From: an uncultured delta proteobacterium
GTDB taxonomy: Bacteria; Desulfobacterota; Zymogenia; Zymogenales; Zymogenaceae
Direction of reading: 5' to 3'
NCBI GenBank assembly: GCA_963792965.1
Contig: CAWBYW010000017.1
Coordinates: 1-48,938, forward strand
DNA: 48,938 nucleotides
Of this stretch, positions 31,955 through 41,996 are shown piece after piece; positions within the stretch are counted from its first letter, which is position 1, and each line of letters starts with the position of its first letter. The notes beneath the pieces are model-generated. The model searched no databases and was not told the origin of the DNA. It worked only from the letters and a program-made list of their open reading frames with translations. The position numbers were made by a program, and so were the translations under genes.

Positions 31955-32683
31955 TTACCACTTTTCCCAGTTCCACGACCGGCCCAGCTCCGGCGGCAGG
32001 CCGCCGCCCTCGCCCGGACCGAGCTTCCTGATTACCTGCGCCGGCCTCCCCACCGCGAGGGAATTATCCGGGATGTCTTTGGTGACCAGCGACCCCGCCC
32101 CGATCACGCACCCCACCCCGATGGTAACCCCCGGCATCACGGTGGTTTGCGTCCCAATCCAGGTGCCCGAGCGCACAAGTATCGGCTTGAACTTGATCTT
32201 CCCCACCCGCCTTTTCACGTCGCCGATGTCGTGAGTAAAGGTGATGAAGTGGACGTTGGACGAAATCCCCACCCAATCCTCGAGTGTCGTATAGTTAATG
32301 GCCACGCACCCCTCGCGGAGCGTCGAGCCGTATCCGAGCGTCACCGGCCCCTCGATGCATACCCGCTTGCCGATGACCGCCATCTCACCTAAGGTCAGCG
32401 GCCCCTCGATCGTCGTGCCCTCCTCGACGACGGAGTCCTTGCCGAGGGTAAGCTCACGATAGGAGCTGGCGCACACGTTCTTATAGACGAAGGCGACCCC
32501 CAGGCGTCCGCTCACCGCGTTGATGATCGTCCCCCGGGCCGCCGCAGCGAGCCAGGAGCGGCGGGGAAAGATCAGATGGTTCAACAGCATGATGAGCGGC
32601 CAGCGGATTACTTCCCGAAGGTCGGAACTGAGGGCATACTTCGAGAAGAGATAGGTAGAAATCGATTCCCGGGGATCAACCAT
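31955..32683 (-). CDS. Hexapeptide-repeat acyltransferase (maltose O-acetyltransferase-like)
   Basis: WIGTQTTVMPGVTIGVGCVIGAGSLVTKDIP..AVGRPA. Confidence 0.88.
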   Translation of the reverse strand: MVDPRESISTYLFSKYALSSDLREVIRWPLIMLLNHLIFPRRSWLAAAARGTIINAVSGRLGVAFVYKNVCASSYRELTLGKDSVVEEGTTIEGPLTLGEMAVIGKRVCIEGPVTLGYGSTLREGCVAINYTTLEDWVGISSNVHFITFTHDIGDVKRRVGKIKFKPILVRSGTWIGTQTTVMPGVTIGVGCVIGAGSLVTKDIPDNSLAVGRPAQVIRKLGPGEGGGLPPELGRSWNWEKW

Positions 32684-32698
32684 GATGACCTCTCGTGC

Positions 32699-33535
32699 TC
32701 AGAAGTAATGCTCCACCGTCTCCCACAGCGTCCGCGTCACCTGGGAGAGCCGCTCCCGGATAACCACCTCGGCCGCCTCGTCAAACGGGGTGGGCTGGTT
32801 ATTGATGATGATCAAGCGGGCCCCGGCCGAGATCGCCCTGAGCACCACCTCCTTGACGTGGTCCACCAAAAGCGATGAGCCCATTGCAAGCACAAGGTCG
32901 GTTCTTTCGGCCATCTCCAGTGCCTCGTCATAGTGGGCCGTTCGCTCGAATCCGAAGACGATGTCGGGCCCCACGACCCCCCCGCAGTCGGCGCAGATGG
33001 GCGGGATGTTCAACGCGGCGATCTGGCCGGTGATAAAATCGATGGGATAGGCTCGCTTGCAGGAAAAGCAGTGGCCGCACCTCAAATTGCCGTGGATCTC
33101 CAAAACGTGCGGGGTCTTTGCCTTATGGTGGAGGCCGTCGGTGTTCTGGGTGATGACGCACGACAATAGCTTTAGATGGGAGAGCCTGGCCAGGAAATGA
33201 TGGTTGATGTTGGGCTTGGCGTCGATCATCGGGAGCAGTAAAGGAAACCAATAGCGCCAGAACATGTCGATATAATTTTCGGCCCCGTCGCGGTAGGCGT
33301 CGATAGGCATGAAGCGGTAGGCGTGTATGCGCTCCCAGAGAAGGCTCTTATCGCTTCTGAAGTCGGGTATGCCGCTCTCGGTAGAGACGCCGGCACCGGT
33401 CAGGGCGATCGGATTGTTTGAAAAGTAGATCAGCTGCGCCGCCCGGCGTACCCTTTCGAGCATCGGACTGTCTCCTGTCTCCCCTGTCGCGACGATCGCT
33501 ATTACGCCCTCATCGTTCTCTTTGCGCGCCCCCAT
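32699..33535 (-). CDS. cobB: Sir2/CobB NAD-dependent protein deacylase
   Basis: TGAGVSTESGIPDFRS, TQNTDGLH, EIHG, two CxxC zinc knuckles, GSS, IN. Confidence 0.9.
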   Translation of the reverse strand: MGARKENDEGVIAIVATGETGDSPMLERVRRAAQLIYFSNNPIALTGAGVSTESGIPDFRSDKSLLWERIHAYRFMPIDAYRDGAENYIDMFWRYWFPLLLPMIDAKPNINHHFLARLSHLKLLSCVITQNTDGLHHKAKTPHVLEIHGNLRCGHCFSCKRAYPIDFITGQIAALNIPPICADCGGVVGPDIVFGFERTAHYDEALEMAERTDLVLAMGSSLLVDHVKEVVLRAISAGARLIIINNQPTPFDEAAEVVIRERLSQVTRTLWETVEHYF

Positions 33536-33544
33536 CTCATCCGC

Positions 33545-33573
33545 ATTGTATGGGATGACGAAGGGCTTGTCAA
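33545..33573 (-). promoter_or_regulatory. Sigma70 promoter for the sirtuin-acyltransferase pair
   Basis: TTGACA-N17-TACAAT on the minus strand. Confidence 0.72.
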
Positions 33574-33596
33574 GACAAGACGGGGAGCCTTTGCCG

Positions 33597-33625
33597 TTGA
33601 CACTGACACTTTTTTGTTTTATACT
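33597..33625 (+). promoter_or_regulatory. Sigma70 promoter for tonB
   Basis: TTGACA-N17-TATACT. Confidence 0.75.
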
Positions 33626-33657
33626 TGCTTTGTTGCATGTGGGGGTACGCGGCTACT

Positions 33658-34590
33658 ATGGTCACCACGCCCAAAAGCTCGCTCTTCGCCGGAAGAGAGC
33701 GCGGGGATTCTCGAAAAAGGGCAGAGGTGTTCCTGTTTGCCTCGATCCTTTTTCACGTCTTGTTGCTGATTGTCTTTTCGCTGTTGACCATCAGCGCCGC
33801 CGCCAAGCCCGACAAGCCCCTCATGGTCCAGCTTAAGGAAGAAGACGAAAATAGCGGCAGGAAATACGAATTCAATGATTTCCCCCAGGCCAACGAGACC
33901 GATAAGAAAGTAGAGTCAAACCGCCTCTCCGACAAGAACCGGAAGGTGGACAGAGAGACGACGCGGCTGGGCACACCGCTCGGGGGTGGCTCTTCGTCTC
34001 GCGGCACCTTTAGCCCGCCACCGGTCATGCCGGCCAATCCCGCGGAAAAGGCCCCGGCACCCGACACCACAAAAGAAAGTACGCTCCTTGCCAAAAAGGA
34101 AGAGCCTTCCGAACTCGACAGGAGCGTGGAGGGGAAGACCTCCCCTGGGCAGAACAAGGAGCGCCTCACCGTTGAGGACCTCATCCCGGGAAGCAACGAC
34201 GTGGCGCGTTTGGATCAGCCGTTCGGGACAACGGCGCCGGGAGTCAAGGAAGAGGATACCGTCTCTCTCAATACGACGGAGTTCAAATACTACTCCTACT
34301 TCTCCCAGATCAAGCGGCGCATCGAGCTGGCCTGGAGCTATCCGATGGAGGCCCAGAAAAACCAGTGGGGCGGGCGGCTCACCGTCATCTTTACCATCGA
34401 GAAGGACGGAAACGTCTCAAGCGTCAAGCTGCTGAGCTCGTCCGGCTACGAAATTCTCGATGATTACGCGATCAAGGCGATCTGGTTTGCCTCACCATTT
34501 AACCCCATTCCGGCATCCATCGGCGTAAAACGACTCAGGATCGATTGCAGCTTCCAATACATCACGTCGCTGTACGGGGTCCATTGGTAA
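33658..34590 (+). CDS. tonB: TonB-family energy transducer
   Basis: TM helix with SILFH (SxxxH); Pro/charged linker; C-domain WSYP..FTIEKDG..SSGYEILDDYA..ASPF. Confidence 0.88.
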   Translation: MVTTPKSSLFAGRERGDSRKRAEVFLFASILFHVLLLIVFSLLTISAAAKPDKPLMVQLKEEDENSGRKYEFNDFPQANETDKKVESNRLSDKNRKVDRETTRLGTPLGGGSSSRGTFSPPPVMPANPAEKAPAPDTTKESTLLAKKEEPSELDRSVEGKTSPGQNKERLTVEDLIPGSNDVARLDQPFGTTAPGVKEEDTVSLNTTEFKYYSYFSQIKRRIELAWSYPMEAQKNQWGGRLTVIFTIEKDGNVSSVKLLSSSGYEILDDYAIKAIWFASPFNPIPASIGVKRLRIDCSFQYITSLYGVHW

Positions 34591-34613
34591 TCTCGCCATA
34601 AAGCAAAATATCA

Positions 34614-34642
34614 TTGCCGTTTCACGAAAAAAAGTGTATAAG
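34614..34642 (+). promoter_or_regulatory. Possible sigma70 promoter for the PAP2-wbp-his operon
   Basis: TTGCCG-N17-TATAAG. Confidence 0.45.
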
Positions 34643-34670
34643 AGACTCGTAAATTTTTATACGAGGTGGT

Positions 34671-35534
34671 ATGCCCATGGAATACCTATCGAGTCCCGAC
34701 ATTATTCTCTTCATCCAGCAGTTTAAGAGCACGGTCCTGGATTATTTCTTCATCGCCGTCACGACGCTCGGCAGCGAAGAGTTTTATCTCGTGGCCATCC
34801 CGATCATCTACTGGTGTATCGACAAGAAGTTTGCATTCAAGCTTGGGATGGTCTTCCTCTTCTCCGCCTACCTCAACGAGCTCCTCAAGGCGATGTTTCA
34901 TACCGCGCGTCCCGATCCCGCAGTCGTCCGGGTCCTCTACCCGCAGTCGGGGGGAGGATATTCTTTCCCGAGCGGCCACGCCCAGGGGACGGCCGTTTTT
35001 TGGGGGATGATCGCGTGGGCGGTCAAGAAGGCATGGATGTGGGCGGTCGCGGTAGTCCTGATTGCGTTGGTAGGGATCTCTCGCCTCTACCTCGGGGTAC
35101 ATTGGCCCATCGATGTCCTCGGAGGGTGGGTCATCGCGGCGGTGCTGCTGGGCCTTTACATCATCTATGACGTGACCCAGCCCGCCGGTCGGCTCACGAC
35201 CAAGACCGTGCCGCTGATCGCCCTCGTCATCGTCTTCGGGGCGATTCTCTTCCTCGTTCACTCGGGCGATAACGCGGTGCGCACGATCGGCACCCTCATG
35301 GGCATGGCGATCGGCTATATCCTCCAGGACAACTATTTTGCCTTTGAGACGCGGTCCGTCTGGTGGTATCAGATCGTCAAGGTCGTGGTGGGGCTTGCCG
35401 TCGCGTTTGCGATCAGGATTTTGGTCAAGATGGTGCTGCCCGACGCCGCGATCTTTCACCTGGTCCGTTATTTCCTGATCGGTATCTGGATCTCGGCGGG
35501 TGTCCCCTTCCTTTTCCGGGGAAAAAAGGCGTAA
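34671..35534 (+). CDS. PAP2-family membrane phosphatase
   Basis: KxxxxxxRP, SFPSGH, SRLYLGVHWPIDV. Confidence 0.93.
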   Translation: MPMEYLSSPDIILFIQQFKSTVLDYFFIAVTTLGSEEFYLVAIPIIYWCIDKKFAFKLGMVFLFSAYLNELLKAMFHTARPDPAVVRVLYPQSGGGYSFPSGHAQGTAVFWGMIAWAVKKAWMWAVAVVLIALVGISRLYLGVHWPIDVLGGWVIAAVLLGLYIIYDVTQPAGRLTTKTVPLIALVIVFGAILFLVHSGDNAVRTIGTLMGMAIGYILQDNYFAFETRSVWWYQIVKVVVGLAVAFAIRILVKMVLPDAAIFHLVRYFLIGIWISAGVPFLFRGKKA

Positions 35535-35559
35535 GAGGCCGCCCATATTTGGAGACCTA

Positions 35560-36144
35560 ATGTCCGAGAAGGCCGAGATATTCATCCACCCGACGGCCGT
35601 CGTCGACGAGGGTGCACGGATCGGCCCCGGCTCGAAGATCTGGCACTTCACCCATATCTCTTCCGGATCACGCATCGGCGCCGGCTGCAACATCGGGCAG
35701 AACGTCTATGTCGCCCCGACGGCGGTCATCGGCGACGGGGTGAAGATACAGAATAACGTCTCCCTCTATGACGGGGTTGTCGTGGAGGATTTTGCCTTCC
35801 TCGGGCCGTCGTGCGTCTTTACCAACGTCACGACGCCGAGGAGCGAGTTCCCGAGGAAAGACCACTATCAAAAGACACGCGTCGGCCGCGGGGCGACGAT
35901 CGGGGCCAACGCCACCATCATCTGCCCCGTAACGCTCGGGCGCTATTCGTTTGTCGCGGCGGGTTCCGTGGTAACGAAGGACACCGCCGATTTCTCCCTC
36001 GTGATGGGCGTGCCCGCCCGGCAGACGGGATGGGTCTGCATGTGCGGCGTGAAGATAGAGTTTGAGGGCCCATCCGGCGTCTGTGCGGAGTGCGGCAGGC
36101 GCTACCGTAAAGAACACGATACCGTCCTATACGAAAAGGGATAA
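35560..36144 (+). CDS. WbpD/WlbB-like sugar N-acetyltransferase
   Basis: IHPTAVVD, KIWHF, KIQNNVS, GPSCVFTN..PRS, GANATI, C-terminal CxC...CxxC. Confidence 0.9.
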   Translation: MSEKAEIFIHPTAVVDEGARIGPGSKIWHFTHISSGSRIGAGCNIGQNVYVAPTAVIGDGVKIQNNVSLYDGVVVEDFAFLGPSCVFTNVTTPRSEFPRKDHYQKTRVGRGATIGANATIICPVTLGRYSFVAAGSVVTKDTADFSLVMGVPARQTGWVCMCGVKIEFEGPSGVCAECGRRYRKEHDTVLYEKG

Positions 36145-36154
36145 GAGAAGATCC

Positions 36155-37327
36155 ATGAAAGTCCCCCTTTTGGATTTGAAGGCGCAGTACGCCGCGATTG
36201 AGGATCGGGTGAGAGAAGCGATCGACGGAGTGCTTCAGTCACAACGCTTCATCCTCGGCCCCGAGGTGGAGGCCCTCGAAAAAGAAATCGCCGACTACGT
36301 GGGGGCGCAATTCGGAATCGGCGTCGCCTCCGGCAGTGACGCGATACTGTTGGCAATGATGGCCCTCGGCATCGGCCCGGGAGATGCGGTCGTCACCACC
36401 CCCTACTCCTTTTTTGCCACCGCCGGATCCGTCACTCGGACCGGGGGCTCGGTCCTCTTTGTCGATATCGACCCGCTGACCTTCAACATTGACGCAAAGG
36501 GGCTCGCGGCCCTCCTCGAGGGCCTGACGAGCAGCGGGGGCCGCCTCATGACGAAGGACGGCCTGACCGTCAGGGGGGTCATGCCGGTCCACCTCTTCGG
36601 CCAGATGGCCGACATGGGGGCCGTCAGGGAGCTCTGCTCGCGCCACGGCCTCTTTATCGTCGAGGACGCGGCCCAGGCCATCGGCTCGCGCTCACCCGAC
36701 GGGAAGGCCGGGGCAATCGGGGATATGGGGTGCTTCTCGTTTTTCCCGAGTAAGAACCTCGGCGGATTCGGCGATGGGGGCATGATCACGACCTCATCGG
36801 CCGAGCTTGCCGAAAAACTGAAGATCCTGAGAAACCACGGGAGCCAGCCAAAATATTACCACCGGTTCGTCGGGGTCAACAGCCGGCTGGACGCGCTCCA
36901 GGCTGCAGTGCTGAGGGTTAAGCTCAAACATCTCGACGCCTGGACTGAGGGAAGAAGGAAAAACGCTGATCGTTACCGAAGCCTCTTTACCGAACAGGGA
37001 TTGATCGCCCCTGAGGGACCGGTCACGCTCCCCATCCAGGCGGATGGATGCCATCACATCTATAACCAGTTCGTTATCATGGTCGATCGGCGGGATGATT
37101 TGCTCGCTCACCTAAACGGGGCAGAGATCGGCACGGAGATCTATTATCCGTTGCCGCTGCACCTACAGGAGTGCTACCGCTCACTCGGCTACAAGGAGGG
37201 GGATTTCCCTGTCTCTGAGGCGGCGGCAAAAAGGAGCCTGGCGCTGCCGATCTACGCGGAGTTGACCCCCGAGATGCAGCAGTACGTGGTCGACACGATC
37301 GCGGCCTTTTACGGGGGAGCCCGTTGA
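36155..37327 (+). CDS. DegT/DnrJ/EryC1/StrS aminotransferase (WbpE-like)
   Basis: EDAAQAIG, SFFPSKNLGGFGDGG, NSRLDALQAA. Confidence 0.93.
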   Translation: MKVPLLDLKAQYAAIEDRVREAIDGVLQSQRFILGPEVEALEKEIADYVGAQFGIGVASGSDAILLAMMALGIGPGDAVVTTPYSFFATAGSVTRTGGSVLFVDIDPLTFNIDAKGLAALLEGLTSSGGRLMTKDGLTVRGVMPVHLFGQMADMGAVRELCSRHGLFIVEDAAQAIGSRSPDGKAGAIGDMGCFSFFPSKNLGGFGDGGMITTSSAELAEKLKILRNHGSQPKYYHRFVGVNSRLDALQAAVLRVKLKHLDAWTEGRRKNADRYRSLFTEQGLIAPEGPVTLPIQADGCHHIYNQFVIMVDRRDDLLAHLNGAEIGTEIYYPLPLHLQECYRSLGYKEGDFPVSEAAAKRSLALPIYAELTPEMQQYVVDTIAAFYGGAR

Positions 37328-37977
37328 TCGCCGTCGTCGACTATGAGATGGGCAATCTCCGGAGCGTCGAGAAGGCGCTGGAGCGCGTGGGGGCTCGCGT
37401 CTCGGTCACGTCCGACGCCGCCGTCATCGCCGACAGCTCCGGGCTCGTGCTGCCCGGCGTCGGCGCATTCGGCGACTGCATGCGAAATCTCAACCGGTAT
37501 AAACTAGTGCAGCCGATCCTCGATTTCATCGCATCGGGAAGGCCCTTCTTCGGCATCTGCCTCGGTCTTCAGCTCCTCTTCACCGAGGGCCTCGAGTTCG
37601 GAAGGCACGAGGGACTGGACGTCATCAAGGGGAGCGTCGTGCGCTTTTCCGGTGAGGCCTTCGAGCGTAAGGAGCGGCTCAAGGTCCCGCACATGGGGTG
37701 GAACCGAGTGAAATGGACGGGACATGAGCCGCCGTTTGATACCGTGGGCGACGACGACTATTTTTACTTCGTTCACTCCTACGTCGTTGTCCCCGACGAC
37801 CCGCGTGCGGCGGCGGGGCTGACCGATTACGGGATCGAATTCGTGTCGGCCGTGCGCACCCGGAACGTTTTCGCCACCCAGTTTCACCCGGAGAAGAGCC
37901 AGGTGAAGGGGCTGTCGATCCTCAAATCTTTTTCTGAGCTCGTCGATCGATGGGATTCATCGTCATACCGGCCATAG
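37324..37977 (+). CDS. hisH: Imidazole glycerol phosphate synthase, glutaminase subunit
   Basis: GNLRSV, LPGVGAF, GICLG, PHMGWN, QFHPEKS. Confidence 0.96.
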   Translation: MIAVVDYEMGNLRSVEKALERVGARVSVTSDAAVIADSSGLVLPGVGAFGDCMRNLNRYKLVQPILDFIASGRPFFGICLGLQLLFTEGLEFGRHEGLDVIKGSVVRFSGEAFERKERLKVPHMGWNRVKWTGHEPPFDTVGDDDYFYFVHSYVVVPDDPRAAAGLTDYGIEFVSAVRTRNVFATQFHPEKSQVKGLSILKSFSELVDRWDSSSYRP

Positions 37978-38693
37978 ACATGAGGGGAGGCGGCGCCGTA
38001 AGGCTCTCCGAGGGCGATTTCTCTCGGGAAACCCGCTACTTCGACGATCCCCTCCAGGCCGCCAGACTCTGGGTCGAGAGGGGGGCCCAAAGGCTCCACC
38101 TCGTTGACCTTGACGCCGCCAAGGGAGGCGTCCCCATCCACAGAAGGGAAGTGGAGCGGATCGTCGGCGACGTCGCTGTACCCGTTCAGCTCGGCGGGGG
38201 CATCCGGTCGATGGCGGCGGTTCAGGACTATCTCGGCCTCGGCGTCGCCTACGTGGTCGTAGGGACCGCGGCGGTGGAGGACCGAGACTTCGTGCTCGAG
38301 GCGGCGAGTCAATTCCCCGGCAGGATCATCCTCGGCATCGACGCGCGGGGAGGAATCGTGCGCACAAAAGGCTGGCGGGAGGGATCATCTGTCCGTGCGG
38401 TCGATCTCTGCCGCTCCTATGTCGGGACGGGGATCTCGGCCGTCATCTACACCGACATCGCACGCGACGGCGTCGGCACGGGCGTCGACCTGGCGGGGAC
38501 ACGGCAGCTGGCGCGGGAGTGCGAGATTCCCGTAATCGCCTCCGGCGGCGTGAAAAGCGTCTCCGACGTCGAGGCGGCGGCGGCGCTCTCGTCCGATGGG
38601 GTAATCGGGGTTATCGTCGGGAGGGCCCTCTACGAGGGGACGGTGGACCTGGCCGACGCGATACGTCGTGCGAATAAGATTGAGGGAAAATAG
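37950..38693 (+). CDS. hisA: ProFAR isomerase
   Basis: IPAIDMRGG, HLVDLD, QLGGGIR, TDIARDG, IASGGV, GRALY. Confidence 0.96.
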   Translation: MGFIVIPAIDMRGGGAVRLSEGDFSRETRYFDDPLQAARLWVERGAQRLHLVDLDAAKGGVPIHRREVERIVGDVAVPVQLGGGIRSMAAVQDYLGLGVAYVVVGTAAVEDRDFVLEAASQFPGRIILGIDARGGIVRTKGWREGSSVRAVDLCRSYVGTGISAVIYTDIARDGVGTGVDLAGTRQLARECEIPVIASGGVKSVSDVEAAAALSSDGVIGVIVGRALYEGTVDLADAIRRANKIEGK

Positions 38694-38702
38694 TATCTGC
38701 CC

Positions 38703-39527
38703 ATGCTGGTAAAACGCATCATACCCTGCCTCGACGTTAAGGACGGGCGGGTCGTCAAGGGTGTCAACTTCATCGACCTGACCGACGCGGGAGACCCGGT
38801 CGAGAACGCCGCGTTTTACGACGGCGAGGGGGCCGACGAGCTGACGTTCCTGGATATTACTGCCTCCTCCGATAAGCGGGACATTATCCTTGACGTGGTG
38901 AAACGGACGGCCGAGCAGATCTTCATGCCGCTCACGGTCGGCGGGGGGATCAGGACGCTGGAAGACATCAGGAAGCTCCTCGTGGCGGGCGCCGACAAGG
39001 TCTCTATAAACACCGCGGCGGTCAAAGATCCGGACTTCGTGAGCAAAGCCGCAAAGCGGTTCGGCTCCCAGTGCATTGTCGTGGCAGTGGACGCAAAGCG
39101 CCGCAAGGCCGAGGAGTGGGGCCGCCATATGAAAGAGAGCCGCCGGAGGATACCCGGCCAGACCGCCGAGGGGGGTCTCTCCTGGGAGGTGGTCACCCAC
39201 GGCGGGCGAGAGGTCACGGGAATCGACGCCTTGAGGTGGGTGAGCCGGATGGAAGAGATGGGGGCGGGCGAGATCATGCTGACCTCGATGGATTTTGACG
39301 GCACACGGGAGGGATACGACCTGACCCTTACCCGCGCGGTTGTCGAGCGGATCGGCATCCCCGTCATCGCCTCGGGGGGGGTGGGGAACCTCGAGCATCT
39401 GTACGAGGGGCTCACCGTAGCGGGCGCGGACGCGGCTCTGGCCGCCTCGATCTTTCACTTCAGGGAGTACTCGATCCGCCAGGCCAAGGAGTATCTCAAG
39501 AGCAGGGGGGTCCCGGTCAGGCTGTAG
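38703..39527 (+). CDS. hisF: Imidazole glycerol phosphate synthase, cyclase subunit
   Basis: [47 protein letters not shown]. Confidence 0.97.
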   Translation: MLVKRIIPCLDVKDGRVVKGVNFIDLTDAGDPVENAAFYDGEGADELTFLDITASSDKRDIILDVVKRTAEQIFMPLTVGGGIRTLEDIRKLLVAGADKVSINTAAVKDPDFVSKAAKRFGSQCIVVAVDAKRRKAEEWGRHMKESRRRIPGQTAEGGLSWEVVTHGGREVTGIDALRWVSRMEEMGAGEIMLTSMDFDGTREGYDLTLTRAVVERIGIPVIASGGVGNLEHLYEGLTVAGADAALAASIFHFREYSIRQAKEYLKSRGVPVRL

Positions 39528-39539
39528 GGAAAAGGGGCG

Positions 39540-40091
39540 ATGAAGATCATCTCAGGAGACCTCAAGGGAAGGCGGCTCATTAACCCCGAGGGCACCATGG
39601 TCAGGCCCACCGGCTCTCGGGTCAAGGAGGCGCTCTTTTCCATCATCGGGGATCTGATTGTCGGGGCGACCTTCGTCGACATCTTCTGCGGGACGGGAAA
39701 CATCGGAATCGAGGCGATCAGCCGCGGGGCAGGCTGCTCAATCTTCATCGAAAGGAATCCGAAGGTGGCCGAAATGCTCAGGCGAAACATCAAGACCCTC
39801 GGGCTGCTTGACCGCTCGCAGATCATGACGCTCGACGCCCTCAAGGCAATCAAGGCCCTCGGGAAACAGGGCCAGGCGGCTGATATCGTCTTTCTCGATC
39901 CGCCCTATGCATATAACCGGGTATCCGAGATCATCTTCGCCGTCTCGGCAAGCGACCTCGTCGGCGCGGGAGGGATGGTGATCTGGCAACACAGCACAAA
40001 GACAAACCCTGAAGCCACGTATGGGGATCTCAATAAGGATACAACGAGAGTGTACGGCGACACCGCGATTACGTTTTTCTCAAAAGAGTGA
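39540..40091 (+). CDS. rsmD: 16S rRNA m2G966 methyltransferase
   Basis: RPT..VKEALF, DIFCGTG, EAISRGA, DPPY, YGDT. Confidence 0.93.
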   Translation: MKIISGDLKGRRLINPEGTMVRPTGSRVKEALFSIIGDLIVGATFVDIFCGTGNIGIEAISRGAGCSIFIERNPKVAEMLRRNIKTLGLLDRSQIMTLDALKAIKALGKQGQAADIVFLDPPYAYNRVSEIIFAVSASDLVGAGGMVIWQHSTKTNPEATYGDLNKDTTRVYGDTAITFFSKE

Positions 40092-40099
40092 GGTAGACT

Positions 40100-40606
40100 A
40101 TGCCCAGCCTTGCAATCCTCCCCGGGACCTTCGATCCCATTACCATGGGACACATCGACCTGACAGAGAGGGCACTTAAGGTTTTTGACAGGATCATCAT
40201 TGCCATCGGCATCAACCCCTATAAGGTCACGCTGTTTACTCCGGAGGAGCGCATCGATATGATCAAGCATTCTCTCCGGGAGCACAACGATCGGATCATC
40301 GTGGATACCTTCGACGGTCTCCTGGTAGACTACGCCCAGAAGATGAAATCCAGGGCGATCATCAGGGGACTTCGCGCGGTCTCGGACTTCGAGTACGAGC
40401 TTCAGCTGGCGTTGATGAACAGGAAGCTCAACCGAAACATCGAGACATTTTTCATGATGACCGGATACCGCTATTTGTACGTCAGCTCCAATATCATCAA
40501 GGCCACCGCCATGGCGGGAGGTTCCGTGAGTGACCTCGTGACGGAGTATGTCGCCGAAAAGCTCAAGGCAAAATTCGCCGACGCCCACCCGAAGAAGGAA
40601 GAATAA
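40100..40606 (+). CDS. coaD: Pantetheine-phosphate adenylyltransferase
   Basis: PGTFDPITMGH, IRGLRAVSDFEYELQ, VSS. Confidence 0.96.
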   Translation: MPSLAILPGTFDPITMGHIDLTERALKVFDRIIIAIGINPYKVTLFTPEERIDMIKHSLREHNDRIIVDTFDGLLVDYAQKMKSRAIIRGLRAVSDFEYELQLALMNRKLNRNIETFFMMTGYRYLYVSSNIIKATAMAGGSVSDLVTEYVAEKLKAKFADAHPKKEE

Positions 40607-40607
40607 G

Positions 40608-41807
40608 ATGAAACGAAAGCTATCGGACCGTGTCATGAAGCTCAAGCCTTCGGCGACACTCGCTATTTCCGCCAAGGCCAACGCTCTCAAGGCGCAGGGC
40701 CAGGACGTGATCGGCTTCGGCGTCGGCGAGCCGGACTTCGATACGCCGGATACGATCAAGGAGTCCGGGATCCAGGCCATCAGGGCGGGAAAGACCAAGT
40801 ATACCGACGTGGGCGGAATCAAAGAGCTTAAAGAGGCCGTCGTCGAGAAATTTAAGCGGGACAATGGCCTCACCTATAAGACCTCGGAGATCCTCGTCTC
40901 CTGCGGCGGCAAGCACTCATTCTATAATCTCTCGATGGCCTTCTTCGAGCCGGGCGATGAGGTGTTGGTGCCGGCGCCCTACTGGGTCTCCTATCCCCCG
41001 ATGGTGGAGCTGGCCGGCGCCACGCCCGTGATCATCCCGACGGGGAGCGCGAAGGACTTCAAGATCGACTCCGACGATCTGGCCCGGTACACCACGAAAA
41101 AGACCAAGGCGCTGGTCCTTAACTACCCCTCCAACCCCACGGGGGTATCCTACGCGAAAGACGAGCTCGCCTCCATCGCGCGCTTCTGCGTCGCCAACGA
41201 CATCTACGTCATCTCCGACGAGATCTACGAAAAGCTCGTTTACGATGGATTCGTTCACACGAGCATTGCATCGCTATCCGACGAGATCAAGGAGATCACC
41301 ATCGTTATCAACGGCGTCTCCAAGAGCTACGCCATGACGGGCTGGCGCATCGGGTACGCTGCGGGACCCGAGGCCCTGATATCGGCTATGAACAAGGTCC
41401 AGAGCCAGAGCACCAGCAATCCCACCTCCATCGCCCAGTGGGCGGCGGTCCAGGCGCTGGTCGGGCCGCAACGCGAGGTGGAGCGGATGAGAAAGGAGTT
41501 CGAGACACGGCGAAAGGTCATGATCGACGGTCTTAACGCAATACCCCACGTGAGGTGCCGAAAGCCCGAGGGGGCCTTTTACGCCTTCCCCGACGTATCG
41601 GGGATCTTCGGGAAGTCGCACGCGGGGGGAAAGATCACGGGCTCGATTGACTTCTCGTCGTACCTGCTTTCCGCGGTGAAGGTGGCCCTCGTGCCGGGGG
41701 TCGAGTTCGGTGACGACAACTGCGTCCGCCTCTCGTACGCCGCGTCCATGGCGGAGATCACCGAGGGGGTGAGACGCATCGGGGAGGCGATAAAGCGGCT
41801 CGGGTAA
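40608..41807 (+). CDS. aspC: Class I PLP aminotransferase (aspartate aminotransferase)
   Basis: GEPDFDTP, PYWVSY, PSNPTG, SDEIYE, SKSYAMTGWRIG. Confidence 0.92.
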   Translation: MKRKLSDRVMKLKPSATLAISAKANALKAQGQDVIGFGVGEPDFDTPDTIKESGIQAIRAGKTKYTDVGGIKELKEAVVEKFKRDNGLTYKTSEILVSCGGKHSFYNLSMAFFEPGDEVLVPAPYWVSYPPMVELAGATPVIIPTGSAKDFKIDSDDLARYTTKKTKALVLNYPSNPTGVSYAKDELASIARFCVANDIYVISDEIYEKLVYDGFVHTSIASLSDEIKEITIVINGVSKSYAMTGWRIGYAAGPEALISAMNKVQSQSTSNPTSIAQWAAVQALVGPQREVERMRKEFETRRKVMIDGLNAIPHVRCRKPEGAFYAFPDVSGIFGKSHAGGKITGSIDFSSYLLSAVKVALVPGVEFGDDNCVRLSYAASMAEITEGVRRIGEAIKRLG

Positions 41808-41996
41808 ACAGGCCGAGCCTTGATCGTATCGTCGGGTCAGGGACCGACTGTTAGGATATGAAGAGGCACGGGAAGGGCTTCGCGGAGCTTCCGGGACGAA
41901 GGTAAGAAATCATAAGCCGCCGGCTCGCGCGCTTCCGCCCGCGGATACCCACGGCGTCTTGTCGGCGTCGGACCGGACCCTCGTGCTCCCGGCAAA

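Noticed and set aside
32699-33535. Anti-phage SIR2 NADase
   Set aside because: Classical zinc-binding CobB-type sirtuin with no defence partners.
37324-39527. O-antigen-type hisH2/hisF2 paralogs, suggested by adjacency to wbpD/E-like genes
   Set aside because: hisA lies between them, the sequences are canonical and there is no wbpG-like amidotransferase.
41808-41996. ncRNA in the gap between convergent aspC and amrA
   Set aside because: No recognisable RNA family, promoter or strong terminator by eye.
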